Shown in pieces: positions 1-9,039 of a stretch of DNA of 64,000 nucleotides. The position numbers and the translations under genes are program-made. Where the stretch lies: positions 1,540,122-1,604,121 of the forward strand of contig CAVSBL010000002.1 of NCBI GenBank assembly GCA_963726255.1, in the 5' to 3' direction. The notes under the pieces were generated by a model. It was given only the letters and a program-made list of their open reading frames with translations, searched no databases and was not told the DNA's origin. The first letter of the stretch is position 1; the number at the start of each line of letters is the position of its first letter. The DNA is from Candidatus Bathyarchaeota archaeon. Its GTDB lineage: Archaea; Thermoproteota; Bathyarchaeia; 40CM-2-53-6.

Positions 1-1091
1 ATCCTTCGATCTTGAAGCAGCTCAGGAAAGGGGACCGCGTTTTCCTTGAAGACGGCATAGTCCAGCTCTCAGTTCTACAGGCGAACAAGGACCAGGCCAT
101 TTGTAGGATCGTGAGAGGGGGGCACATCTCGTCAGGAAAGGGCGTCAATTTACCTGGGAAGAAGTTGAGACTTGGCGCCCTGACCAAGCAAGACATTGCC
201 CTCCTTCGGTTCGCCGTTCAAAATGGGGCGGATTTTGTCGCCTTATCATTCGTGACGACCGCGGCTGAAGTTGCTAAAGCCAAACGACTAGTGAAAGACG
301 CCGGATCTAAGGCGTGGATTATTGCGAAAATCGAAAAGCGCGAAGCGGTCGAGAACTTTGATGCAATTGTGCAGAAGGCACATGGAGTAATGGTTGCTCG
401 GGGTGACCTCGGCGTCGAGATGGAGCTTGAGGAGATCCCTACTCTTCAGAAGGAAATAATTGCGAAGGCTAACGCTGCCGGAAAACCTGTGATTACAGCC
501 ACCCAAATGTTGGAGTCCATGGTCAATAACCCTGTCCCAACACGTGCGGAAGTAACTGACATTGCGAACGCCATAATTGACGGAACAGACGCGATCATGC
601 TCTCAGAGGAAACTGCGGTAGGAAGGTACCCTGTTGAGGCGGTGAACGTTATGAAGCGAGTTGCCTCCGCAACGGAGAAGAATTTACCCTACAGTAGACT
701 TCTCAACAGTAGGCGCAGACTTCTAAGACCGATCGTTCAGGATTTAATCAGTTACTCGGCTTGCGTAGTCGCATACCGATTAGGCGCGGGTTGCATAGTG
801 GCCCATACGAGAACCGGCCTTACGGCACATCGAGTGTCAAAGTTTCGGTCGCCGGTCCCTATCATTGCTCTGACATACATTGTCCCAGTGATGAACAGGC
901 TTTCGCTGCTCTGGGGCGTGTATCCCTACCGTGTAAAGAAACTCTCGACTACGGCTGAAATATTCTCGGCCGCAAAGGTCGCAGCCCGGCATAGCGGGAC
1001 AGTTAGCCAAGACGGCAAGATTGTCGTGGTTTGCGGAGACCCATCCACACCCGGCGGCACCACAGACCTCTTACGCGTGCAGACAGTCTGA
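1..1091 (+). CDS. pyk: Pyruvate kinase, 5'-truncated by window edge
   Basis: Frame open to window start (track ORF 12..1091). Translation carries pyruvate kinase hallmarks GVNLPG, DFVALSFV, MVARGDLGVEM, ITATQMLESM plus a C-terminal domain. Confidence 0.9.
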   Translation, partial: PSILKQLRKGDRVFLEDGIVQLSVLQANKDQAICRIVRGGHISSGKGVNLPGKKLRLGALTKQDIALLRFAVQNGADFVALSFVTTAAEVAKAKRLVKDAGSKAWIIAKIEKREAVENFDAIVQKAHGVMVARGDLGVEMELEEIPTLQKEIIAKANAAGKPVITATQMLESMVNNPVPTRAEVTDIANAIIDGTDAIMLSEETAVGRYPVEAVNVMKRVASATEKNLPYSRLLNSRRRLLRPIVQDLISYSACVVAYRLGAGCIVAHTRTGLTAHRVSKFRSPVPIIALTYIVPVMNRLSLLWGVYPYRVKKLSTTAEIFSAAKVAARHSGTVSQDGKIVVVCGDPSTPGGTTDLLRVQTV

Positions 1092-1100
1092 GGAGCATGG

Positions 1101-1144
1101 ACATAGCAACTAAGCAGTTAGTTGCCAGCGACTAACTGCTATGT
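1101..1144 (+). terminator. Imperfect hairpin just downstream of pyk stop
   Basis: GCAGTTAGT (1114-1122) pairs with ACTAACTGC (1131-1139). Outer ACATA/TATGT arms, followed by TTT. Terminator role is inferred only. Confidence 0.3.
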
Positions 1145-1272
1145 TTAGAGGGGCCTCTGATACGAATTTCTGAGGATAGGTTTATTCCGAGGCCAGGCCG
1201 AAGACCATAACGAGCAACAACCTAGATGACTTTCCGACCAAAGCAACACCATGCCAAGTTGAGGCCGCAGCC

Positions 1273-2340
1273 ATGACTGTGGGCAAAGAGGCAACACTCT
1301 ACCAACAACTCCCACATGGCAGGGTGAGATGTACTGCGTGCGCCAGGTATTGCAACATTCCGGAAGGAAAGGTAGGCCTCTGCGGAATCCGAGGAAACAC
1401 AAACGGAAAACTCTGGCTCTACGTCTACGGCAAAATAATCGCCGGCCACATAGACCCAATCGAAAAGAAACCCGTAACACACTACATGCCCGGAACCAAG
1501 ATCTTCTCAATCGCAACAACCGGTTGCAATTGGCTCTGTAGCTACTGTCAGAATAGTGACATTAGTCAACGGCGCAAAATCGAAGGTTTGGACGCAACTC
1601 CCGAAGCGATTGTGGAGATGACGAAGCGCTATCGTTGTGAGGGGTTGGCCTATACCTACAATGAGCCATCGATCTTCATCGAGTTCGCCCACGATATTGG
1701 GGTTCAGGCGCGGAAGGCTGGGCTGATCAACATATTCGTCTCGAACGGATATGACACGCCTGAGACGGTTGGGTTGATGCGGGATTTCCTCGATTGCATA
1801 ACCGTCGACTTCAAGGGCAGTGGTGAAACCTCCTTTGTTAGGAAGTATATCGGAATCGCTAACGCCGACCCAATCTTCCAGACACTGCTAGAGATCCGTG
1901 ACAAGACGAAGGTCCACATTGAAATCACGGACTTAATTGTCCCGGAGGTCGGAGACGACCTAGGAGTTGCGAAGAGGCTGTCTTCCTGGATTTATGATAA
2001 CCTAGGCCCTGATACGCCGATTCACTTCCTACGCTTCCACCCAGACTACAAGATGATGAACCTACCACCAACCCCAGTCAAAACCCTGGAGAAGCATCAC
2101 GCAATCGCCAAAGAAGTCGGGTTGAATTATGTGTACTTGGGCAACGTACCGGGGCACCCGCTCGAACACACCTATTGCTCAGGTTGCGGTAAGATGATTG
2201 TGGAACGGTTTGGTTTCGACATCACGGGCTGGCATATGGACGACCAGAACCGGTGCAAGTACTGTGGAAACGAAATCCCGATCGTAGGCCACTTGAGTAA
2301 GTCAATAAACGAAGAACGCTTCATCCCCATAGTAATGTGA
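1273..2340 (+). CDS. Radical SAM enzyme, AmmeMemoRadiSam-system / PFL-activase-like type
   Basis: CNWLCSYCQN (CX3CX2C) radical SAM motif. N-terminal Cys cluster RCTACARYC...GLCGIRGN and C-terminal CSGCG...CKYCG, typical of the AmmeMemoRadiSam radical SAM family. Confidence 0.8.
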   Translation: MTVGKEATLYQQLPHGRVRCTACARYCNIPEGKVGLCGIRGNTNGKLWLYVYGKIIAGHIDPIEKKPVTHYMPGTKIFSIATTGCNWLCSYCQNSDISQRRKIEGLDATPEAIVEMTKRYRCEGLAYTYNEPSIFIEFAHDIGVQARKAGLINIFVSNGYDTPETVGLMRDFLDCITVDFKGSGETSFVRKYIGIANADPIFQTLLEIRDKTKVHIEITDLIVPEVGDDLGVAKRLSSWIYDNLGPDTPIHFLRFHPDYKMMNLPPTPVKTLEKHHAIAKEVGLNYVYLGNVPGHPLEHTYCSGCGKMIVERFGFDITGWHMDDQNRCKYCGNEIPIVGHLSKSINEERFIPIVM

Positions 2341-2383
2341 ACCACATAGCCAGGAACAAATTCTATCCACGTCGTCGAGGTTC

Positions 2384-2640
2384 GTGGTCGCGTTCGTTCT
2401 TCTCAGGACACTGACTTCCAGACGAAGCCAAGCTGGTCAGCGTAGGTGCGCGCCTCTCTTATCTCCTGCGTGCGAGCGATGGTACCTTATACTTTCTCAG
2501 AGCAGCATCTCAGTGGGGACGCAAGATTCCCAATCAACCGGAACGCGATTAATGTTGAGGGCCGTCGGCTCGAAGGATGATGCCTGTTACAAGACCCCAG
2601 GTGTCGAAACTGCCACCGCTCAATTGAAATGATAGCATAA
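2384..2640. repeat. Element R1: paralogue of R2 (9040-9447); unknown small ORF or ncRNA
   Basis: Blocks 2490-2520 and 2540-2617 align by eye to 9128-9170 and 9276-9357 on the same strand. Contains an open 82-codon frame (track ORF 2384..2632) with no recognisable family. Confidence 0.5.
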
Positions 2641-2706
2641 AGCTTCTTACTGTGCATACCACAGAGTGAAAAGTCGAGCAAATCTCGAAACCGTTGGTAT
2701 TTGCAT

Positions 2707-4218
2707 ATGAAAAAATCGGGAAAACAAAGCCGCCTCATGTATATTGACGGCGAATGGCTGCCTTCTTCTTCTGATGAATGGGTGGACGTACATGACCCGT
2801 CCACGGGAAAAGTGATCGATAAGGTTCCTTCTGCAGCAGACGACGATGTAGGCAAGGCCATAGACGCCGCTAAGGACGCATTCGATAGAGGAATCTGGAG
2901 CAAGATCACCCCAGGCGACAGAGCAAACGCGTTACTAAGAATCGCGTCTATGCTGGAACAAAATATCGGCCATTTCGCTGAACTCGAGACACTAAATAAC
3001 GGTAAGTCGATCAGGCAATCAACAACCTACGACTTGCCATATTCGGTCGATAACATACGGTACATCGCCGGCGCGGCGCGCATTTTGAATGGAGATGCGA
3101 TGGCAGAATATGTGCCTGAGGGTACGAGCGGCATTCGAAGAGAACCAATCGGCGTCGTCGGAGTAATCACCCCGTGGAACTATCCGCTAATGATGGCTGT
3201 TTGGAGAGCCTTCCCGGCATTGGCGACGGGTAACACTGTAGTAATCAAGCCGGCAAGTTACACGCCGCTCACAACGATCGAGCTGGGCAAACTTGTTCAG
3301 AAGGCGGAAGTTCCAAAAGGAGTTTTCAACATTGTCACGGGCCCCGGAGGAAGAGTCGGGGAACAATTAGCACGGCACAAGGATATCGATATGATTGCTT
3401 TCACGGGCAGCACCGAGGTCGGCAGGCGATTAGGGGAACTTGGGGCAAATACCGTCAAAAAAGTCTCTCTAGAACTCGGGGGCAAAGCTCCATTCATAGT
3501 TCTGGAAGACGCTGACCTTGACGCTGCTACGGAAGGCGCAGTCGTCGGCGGCATAATAAACAATGGCCAGGACTGCGCAAATTCGACAAGATACTACGTC
3601 CATGATTCAAAGCTGGAGGAATTCCAAACTCTGCTCGTTGAGAAGCTAAAGAAAGTACGCGTAGGGGACCCAAGCAACATGGAAACGGACATGGGCCCAT
3701 TAGTGTCCCAAGGCCAGCAAAAGCGCGTCAAGAAATATGTGGACGAAGGAATCGAACAAGGAGGGCGCCTACTCTTTGGCGGAAAGATTCCACAAGTTCC
3801 CGGGCACGAGAATGGTTACTTCTTGGAACCCACAGCTATTTACACAGAAAACCACGACTCTTCCATAGTTCAGGAAGAAATCTTTGGGCCAGTCTTTACT
3901 GTACTCAAAACATCGGACCTAGATGATGCCATCAAGAAGAGCAATGAAGTGATCTATGGACTCGGCGCGTCCGTCTGGACAAAGGACGTTACACGGGCCA
4001 TGAGGGCGGTTCGAGATCTAAGGTTCGGCACAGTCTGGGTCAATGACCATATCCCGGTACCCTCCGAAATGCCATGGGCTGGCTACAAGCAAAGCGGACA
4101 TGGGGCCTCACTGTCGCGATACAGCCTAGAGGAATGCACATACATCAAGCACGTCTACTTCGACCTAACTGGCGCCGTCAGAAAATCTTGGTACCATCAA
4201 ATATACGGCAAGAAATGA
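2707..4218 (+). CDS. NAD(P)+-dependent aldehyde dehydrogenase
   Basis: ALDH family motifs ELGGKAPFIV, FTGSTEVGR, GQDCANSTR (catalytic Cys region), EEIFGPV. ATG at 2707 within track ORF 2701..4218. Confidence 0.9.
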   Translation: MKKSGKQSRLMYIDGEWLPSSSDEWVDVHDPSTGKVIDKVPSAADDDVGKAIDAAKDAFDRGIWSKITPGDRANALLRIASMLEQNIGHFAELETLNNGKSIRQSTTYDLPYSVDNIRYIAGAARILNGDAMAEYVPEGTSGIRREPIGVVGVITPWNYPLMMAVWRAFPALATGNTVVIKPASYTPLTTIELGKLVQKAEVPKGVFNIVTGPGGRVGEQLARHKDIDMIAFTGSTEVGRRLGELGANTVKKVSLELGGKAPFIVLEDADLDAATEGAVVGGIINNGQDCANSTRYYVHDSKLEEFQTLLVEKLKKVRVGDPSNMETDMGPLVSQGQQKRVKKYVDEGIEQGGRLLFGGKIPQVPGHENGYFLEPTAIYTENHDSSIVQEEIFGPVFTVLKTSDLDDAIKKSNEVIYGLGASVWTKDVTRAMRAVRDLRFGTVWVNDHIPVPSEMPWAGYKQSGHGASLSRYSLEECTYIKHVYFDLTGAVRKSWYHQIYGKK

Positions 4219-4903
4219 AAGAGCAGTATTCCCGTCCTATCGAATGCTGCGTACGGTAAGTGTGATTTCTACGATACGCCACGGCGGTGTAGTAGATTAC
4301 TAGGCCTACCCGTATATGCCCACGAAGCCTGTTGCTTGAAGGCCCATTGTGGCATACGAAGGATTTCGCCATTCTCGTGAAGAGGCTTTCGAAATCCTCG
4401 GGGGCGTTAGGAGAAAGGATCGTGTAAATCACGAAGTATCTTGAGGAATCCTGACAGTGAATGTGAACTGAGTATGTGAGACGTTTCGTGGCCTTTGTCT
4501 TAGAGAAGAACAACCCTCCGAGCGACAACTCGTCAAACCTAACTTGATTGTAGGCTGCTTTATGAGAGTTGACGTCTAGCGAGCTATCTACTAATCTCTC
4601 CACTTTTCCGACTGTTCGACTTTTCGTCATAGCCTTGATGCTGTGGTCAGCCTGTTCCTTGACTGTCTGGAAGTTATTTTGCACCGTCGCAAGGTCACCC
4701 CATGAAAGGAAGAGCTTCTCCCTATCGGGGAAGTGTATGACTATGTCTCCTTTATCGCGTCTGCTCTTCGGGTTGAATTCGAAGCGGCAGACTGGCGGAT
4801 ATTCTATAGAGAATCCGTATACACTGAACCGCTCTAGTTCGGCGCTTTCCAACAAAACAACTCTCTTGCTATGCGAGGTCATGCGAAACACTTGATTTAA
4901 CAT
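4178..4903 (-). CDS. Hypothetical protein
   Basis: 241-codon ORF with no recognised motif. The last ~55 codons are compositionally odd and overlap the ALDH 3' end by 41 nt. Confidence 0.5.
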   Translation of the reverse strand: MLNQVFRMTSHSKRVVLLESAELERFSVYGFSIEYPPVCRFEFNPKSRRDKGDIVIHFPDREKLFLSWGDLATVQNNFQTVKEQADHSIKAMTKSRTVGKVERLVDSSLDVNSHKAAYNQVRFDELSLGGLFFSKTKATKRLTYSVHIHCQDSSRYFVIYTILSPNAPEDFESLFTRMAKSFVCHNGPSSNRLRGHIRVGLVIYYTAVAYRRNHTYRTQHSIGREYCSFISCRIFDGTKIF

Positions 4904-5023
4904 TTCTTCAGGAGAAAAGAATGGTCACCTATAATGACAGTTCCGGTTATCTCAAAATTCCCGCATTACTCATAAGCGAGCACTACGGATTAGGCACCTC
5001 AAACACTGGAGGAAACATGAATT

Positions 5024-5467
5024 TTGATTCAGTTCCCAAAATTGACACTCGAGGATGCACGGGTCGGGATTGAAGCGGCGAAGAAGAAAGCCACCGAAAT
5101 CAATGTCCCCATGGACATTGCTGTTGTTGACGAAGCGGGAAACATTCTCGCCTTCGAGCGCATGGACGGCGGATTGGTGGGAAGTATTCAGATAGCAATC
5201 GACAAGGCGTATACTGCTTCAGTGCTAAGGCTACCCACTGGAGAAGAAGGAAAAATCGCACAGCCAGGCGGGCCTGATTTTGGCATCAACTCAACTTGCG
5301 GCGGGCGTATCGTGATCTTCGCTGGTGGGGTACCCGTAAAACTCGACAAGCTCGTTCTTGGAGCAGTAGGCTGTAGTTCGGGAACAGTCGAAGAAGACAC
5401 ATCGGTGGCAGAAGCAGGGGCATCAGCCATAGAAGCCTGTTTGAAAGCACAGGTCGAACAAATGTGA
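5024..5467 (+). CDS. GlcG/HbpS-like heme-binding protein (DUF336)
   Basis: Typical DUF336 layout: LTLEDA...AAKKKA, VVDEAGNILAFERMDG, AIDKAYTA, GGVPV...LGAVGCSSG. TTG start 12 nt after a GGAGG. Confidence 0.75.
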   Translation: MIQFPKLTLEDARVGIEAAKKKATEINVPMDIAVVDEAGNILAFERMDGGLVGSIQIAIDKAYTASVLRLPTGEEGKIAQPGGPDFGINSTCGGRIVIFAGGVPVKLDKLVLGAVGCSSGTVEEDTSVAEAGASAIEACLKAQVEQM

Positions 5468-5473
5468 ATGCTT

Positions 5474-6403
5474 CTACCCTGAGGTAAGCATCTTCGTCTT
5501 GACCTTGCCTTTTGCAATATCGACAATTGCTCCGCGAAGCACACCCTGCGCGTACTCGCTGCCTGGATTAATGCAGATCGTTCTTCCAATCTCGATTATG
5601 CCTTTCGATTCATGTATGTGCCCGTGAACTGACAGCAGCGGCTGGTACTTCTTGATGACGTCCAGCACCGCCTTGCTACCAGCATGAATCTCATCTGTTG
5701 CTGATGGGGTCATGTCTTCCGATAGCTTTGGGCATACGTCGAGGGTTGTGTCAATCGGTGGATCATGCATCATGAATATGCTGTTCTCGAAGTCTCGCAC
5801 TTGACTCGTTAGGGACTGAATCCTATTCGCTAGCTCCTCTTCTTCACATTCGCGCGGTGTCTTCCAAGGGCTAGGGCCACTATACGTGCAGCATATAATC
5901 TCATATTCATCCACTTCGAATTTCTTATCGCCAACGTTTATGAATCGTGTAGACTTGTTGAGCGTGTCCTCGATTTCAAGGGGGTCATCGTTTCCTGCGG
6001 CGATGAAGAGTTTGGCTTTGCTTTTCGTGAGCCGTTCTTCGGCGAGTTTGGACCAGGATTCCATGCGTTCTGTGAAAAATTTCAGGAAAAGAGCATCCAT
6101 TAGTTCCGGATTTGATTGAATTTTCGCAATCTCTTCCACTGTGCTCCGGTAGGGATAGTAACCTACAGCGCCGACTTTCTTTTCCAACTGAGCGAGTTCA
6201 GCTTCATTCTTAATGACGGTCTTTCGACCTAAGAAATCCGTGCTGTATGTCCCATCAGGGCTCTGGACTATGGGGACGATTACTTTTCCCCTCAAGTCTC
6301 CAAGAAGCATAGCGACATCTGCCCCGTACACGTCTATGGCATTTAGGAATTTTCGGAAGCACGTTTCAGAACTATGAACATCGGCAGCGAAGAAAAACCT
6401 CAT
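5474..6403 (-). CDS. Metallophosphoesterase (calcineurin-like)
   Basis: MRFFFAADVHS, LLGDL, AAGNDDP, MMHDPP, HGHIHES: the ordered metallophosphoesterase metal-ligand motifs. Confidence 0.75.
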   Translation of the reverse strand: MRFFFAADVHSSETCFRKFLNAIDVYGADVAMLLGDLRGKVIVPIVQSPDGTYSTDFLGRKTVIKNEAELAQLEKKVGAVGYYPYRSTVEEIAKIQSNPELMDALFLKFFTERMESWSKLAEERLTKSKAKLFIAAGNDDPLEIEDTLNKSTRFINVGDKKFEVDEYEIICCTYSGPSPWKTPRECEEEELANRIQSLTSQVRDFENSIFMMHDPPIDTTLDVCPKLSEDMTPSATDEIHAGSKAVLDVIKKYQPLLSVHGHIHESKGIIEIGRTICINPGSEYAQGVLRGAIVDIAKGKVKTKMLTSG

Positions 6404-6427
6404 TCAACGGACCCTCCAATCTTCTCC

Positions 6428-7240
6428 TTATGTCATCGCGGCTGTCTCTTCGACATCCGTGTACCATTTTCTCTTTGTGCCAATTTTTGCCCTAAGTTTC
6501 CATGACATTGTCTTTTCCTGACCGTCGATCACTTTCAGGAGTGTGTCTACTTTATCTGAAACATCGCTTCGGTCTTCTGAGCCAAGCTGGGGATACTTTT
6601 CGAGAAATTCTTGTACTTTCTTCAGGTTCGAAGTGACGGTGTAGTAGAACCCCCAGTCATCGGCGAGCACGTTCGCGACATGTCGCCCATCGATCGTCTC
6701 TGGAGTGGAATCACCGACCGCATGCTCGCGTAGGAGCATAATGGTATCGATGACATCTTTCTCATTGATCTGGACTATCTGCATTTTTTCTAGAAGCATA
6801 TCTGCCAGCGGAATGGTATATTCTTCCAGTTCGAGTCGATTGGTGAATAGGATTTCGTGGTTCATGGCAAGTTTGTCGAAGAAGACGTCCACATGAAGGC
6901 CGTTAGTCTTGCTGTCCCAAATCATGCGCGTATGGCCGAACAGCCCTGTGAAGAGCGGATTATCCTCGTAACCCAATTCTCTCATAAGGTTGTCAACCGG
7001 TACTTTCTCTCGACCGTAAGCAGCGAGGTCAAGATCGGTCAGTACTCTGCCAAGTTTCAGGGCGAGAAAATTGTATTTTGGGCAATGTGCCTGGAACGCT
7101 ATCGCACCAAGCAAGCGAAGATGTAGGTTCCGCGTATTCCCCTCTGTAACGATTCGCTGCGCTTCTGACATCATCTGTGTGAGCTGAACGGTCTTCTTCT
7201 GGACATTTTCCAAATGATCTGCCTTCGTCAACCAGCGCAA
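6428..7240 (-). CDS. Nucleotidyltransferase-fold protein (NTP_transf_5-like), function unknown
   Basis: LRLLGAIAF...GRVLTDLDLAA then HVDVFF resembles the hG[GA]...DxD...D pattern of Pol-beta-type NTases. Sits 24 nt from the metallophosphoesterase gene on the same strand. Confidence 0.5.
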   Translation of the reverse strand: MRWLTKADHLENVQKKTVQLTQMMSEAQRIVTEGNTRNLHLRLLGAIAFQAHCPKYNFLALKLGRVLTDLDLAAYGREKVPVDNLMRELGYEDNPLFTGLFGHTRMIWDSKTNGLHVDVFFDKLAMNHEILFTNRLELEEYTIPLADMLLEKMQIVQINEKDVIDTIMLLREHAVGDSTPETIDGRHVANVLADDWGFYYTVTSNLKKVQEFLEKYPQLGSEDRSDVSDKVDTLLKVIDGQEKTMSWKLRAKIGTKRKWYTDVEETAAMT

Positions 7241-7331
7241 TCCCCGTCGTAATTAAGATATATCTTCACTCGCCACTGCTGTAAGGTGGAGGTAAGCGCG
7301 TACGCAGACGCGCCTACCTGAAGTTGACTTT

Positions 7332-8936
7332 CTATTCTGGCGGAAGCTCCTTGAAAGCGAGGCTTATGTCTATGCCTTCCTTCGCAGCCTTTGCCTTGAA
7401 GGCGTAGTACCAGATTACCATGAAGATAGTTACACCGATTAGCATTGGCACCCAGATTTGCCACGCGCCGTAAAGCGCGGGTGCAGTGAGGTAGAAGTAG
7501 CCTCCCACCCAGAAGTAGCCCAGCGAAATTATCCCGGCGATCGTTGCCAAGGGAATTGGGCCGATCTTCCAGTTGTGTGGGGAAGCATTCCAGATGTGCC
7601 GCGCCTTCTTGACGAACGGAAATGCGATTGCGCAGAGGGCAGCGATCGTGAACGTTGTAATGTATTGAACGACCGTGTTGGCGGACCCGCCTATCCATGA
7701 GCCGAGTACAGGATTGAGCAAGTATCCGACTACGCCCAATTCGGCAACGATAAACACGAATATGCAGTTCTTTAGCAGCGTGTGAGTTCGTGGGTTCACG
7801 TCGGTGAACCACTTGGGGCCTAGGCGGTCCATTCCGAAACCCATCAGATACCTGGGGGCGGCCACGAACTGAAGGGGCATCCAGATCAGGTTGGAGAGTA
7901 GAACGCTTGAGCCCATGACGATTAGCAGGAGCTTGTTAGTTGTGAATATGCCCGATAGAGTCACGAAGTCAGGAGTGAAGGGCATGTTATACCCTGACAA
8001 GCCAGCCTGTTCGACGTATGCAGAGGCCACTGTAAAGTCCCTTCCAATAATGCCTTGCAGCAGAAAACCTACCAACATCATTAGTAACCCTGGGATGACA
8101 ACAGCAGAAGTCTGAGCGACTATGAGGTTTCGTTCGGGTCGCTTCACTTCTCCGCTGATGAAGACAGTGACGTATGCGTATTCGGCCCACCACCCATACA
8201 CGCTGGTGGCCAGCCCAATAGTTGAGACCCAGTCAACACCTGAGCCTACTGGGTATCCCTGAGCCTTGACGGCGTCAATCAGCCCTTGGTAATCGTACGA
8301 GCCATATTGCTTAGCTAACACGTTCCACGTATTCACAAAATCCTGATGCGAATGCGAGAGCCCAAAGAACATCACGACAGAGAACGTGACTACCGCGAGT
8401 ATCATTAGGACTCTTTGTTGCAGGGCAAAGTAACGTAGGCGCATGAGTGCGCCGAAAACAAATCCGTAGAAGATAGCTAACGTCGTAATGATTAAGGTAA
8501 GGTCAGGCTGAGTAACTCTCGCGACTAGGCTGGCTGAGCCTAGCATGCCAAATATAGTCGTCAAACCGGGTTTCACATACAACGGAGAGAGTGTCCACAG
8601 CCAAGCAATGATGACAAAGACACCGCTGATAGCTGCGTTAACCACGCCAATTAGCGGGTGCAGAATTCTGGAGGCGTATACATAGTCACCTGCACTCCTC
8701 GGCATCGAACCACCAAGAATACCCCATACCAAGCCCTGCCCGAGCGTACACCACACCATTGCGATGAACGCGGCCCAGACCAAGTCGGCTCTCGGAAAGA
8801 GGAAAAGGCCGAAGCTTGAGCCGAGCCAGAAGTTGAAGGTGAGCCCCTGGTTCATGAAACCTGTGGCGAAAGCATCCAGAAGACCCGCTTCTTTCACAAG
8901 TCCGCTAGATCTTCTTGCGAATAGCTGGGTAGCCAA
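7332..8936 (-). CDS. APC-superfamily amino acid/polyamine permease
   Basis: 534-codon ORF with about 12 hydrophobic segments and a general APC permease appearance. TTG start predicted, so the start is uncertain. Confidence 0.75.
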   Translation of the reverse strand: MATQLFARRSSGLVKEAGLLDAFATGFMNQGLTFNFWLGSSFGLFLFPRADLVWAAFIAMVWCTLGQGLVWGILGGSMPRSAGDYVYASRILHPLIGVVNAAISGVFVIIAWLWTLSPLYVKPGLTTIFGMLGSASLVARVTQPDLTLIITTLAIFYGFVFGALMRLRYFALQQRVLMILAVVTFSVVMFFGLSHSHQDFVNTWNVLAKQYGSYDYQGLIDAVKAQGYPVGSGVDWVSTIGLATSVYGWWAEYAYVTVFISGEVKRPERNLIVAQTSAVVIPGLLMMLVGFLLQGIIGRDFTVASAYVEQAGLSGYNMPFTPDFVTLSGIFTTNKLLLIVMGSSVLLSNLIWMPLQFVAAPRYLMGFGMDRLGPKWFTDVNPRTHTLLKNCIFVFIVAELGVVGYLLNPVLGSWIGGSANTVVQYITTFTIAALCAIAFPFVKKARHIWNASPHNWKIGPIPLATIAGIISLGYFWVGGYFYLTAPALYGAWQIWVPMLIGVTIFMVIWYYAFKAKAAKEGIDISLAFKELPPE

Positions 8937-9039
8937 ATTAGACCGGAAATAGCTGCACTCTGTGCGAATATAAGCCTTGGCAATTAAACGGTCTCAAACC
9001 TGGAAAAAACCCGATAAGATATAAATAAATAGTAAGTAG

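Noticed and set aside
2570-2640. C/D box sRNA within R1 (GGATGATGC ... AATGATAG)
   Set aside because: The C-box is imperfect and no terminal CUGA D-box is present. The R2 paralogue lacks these boxes.
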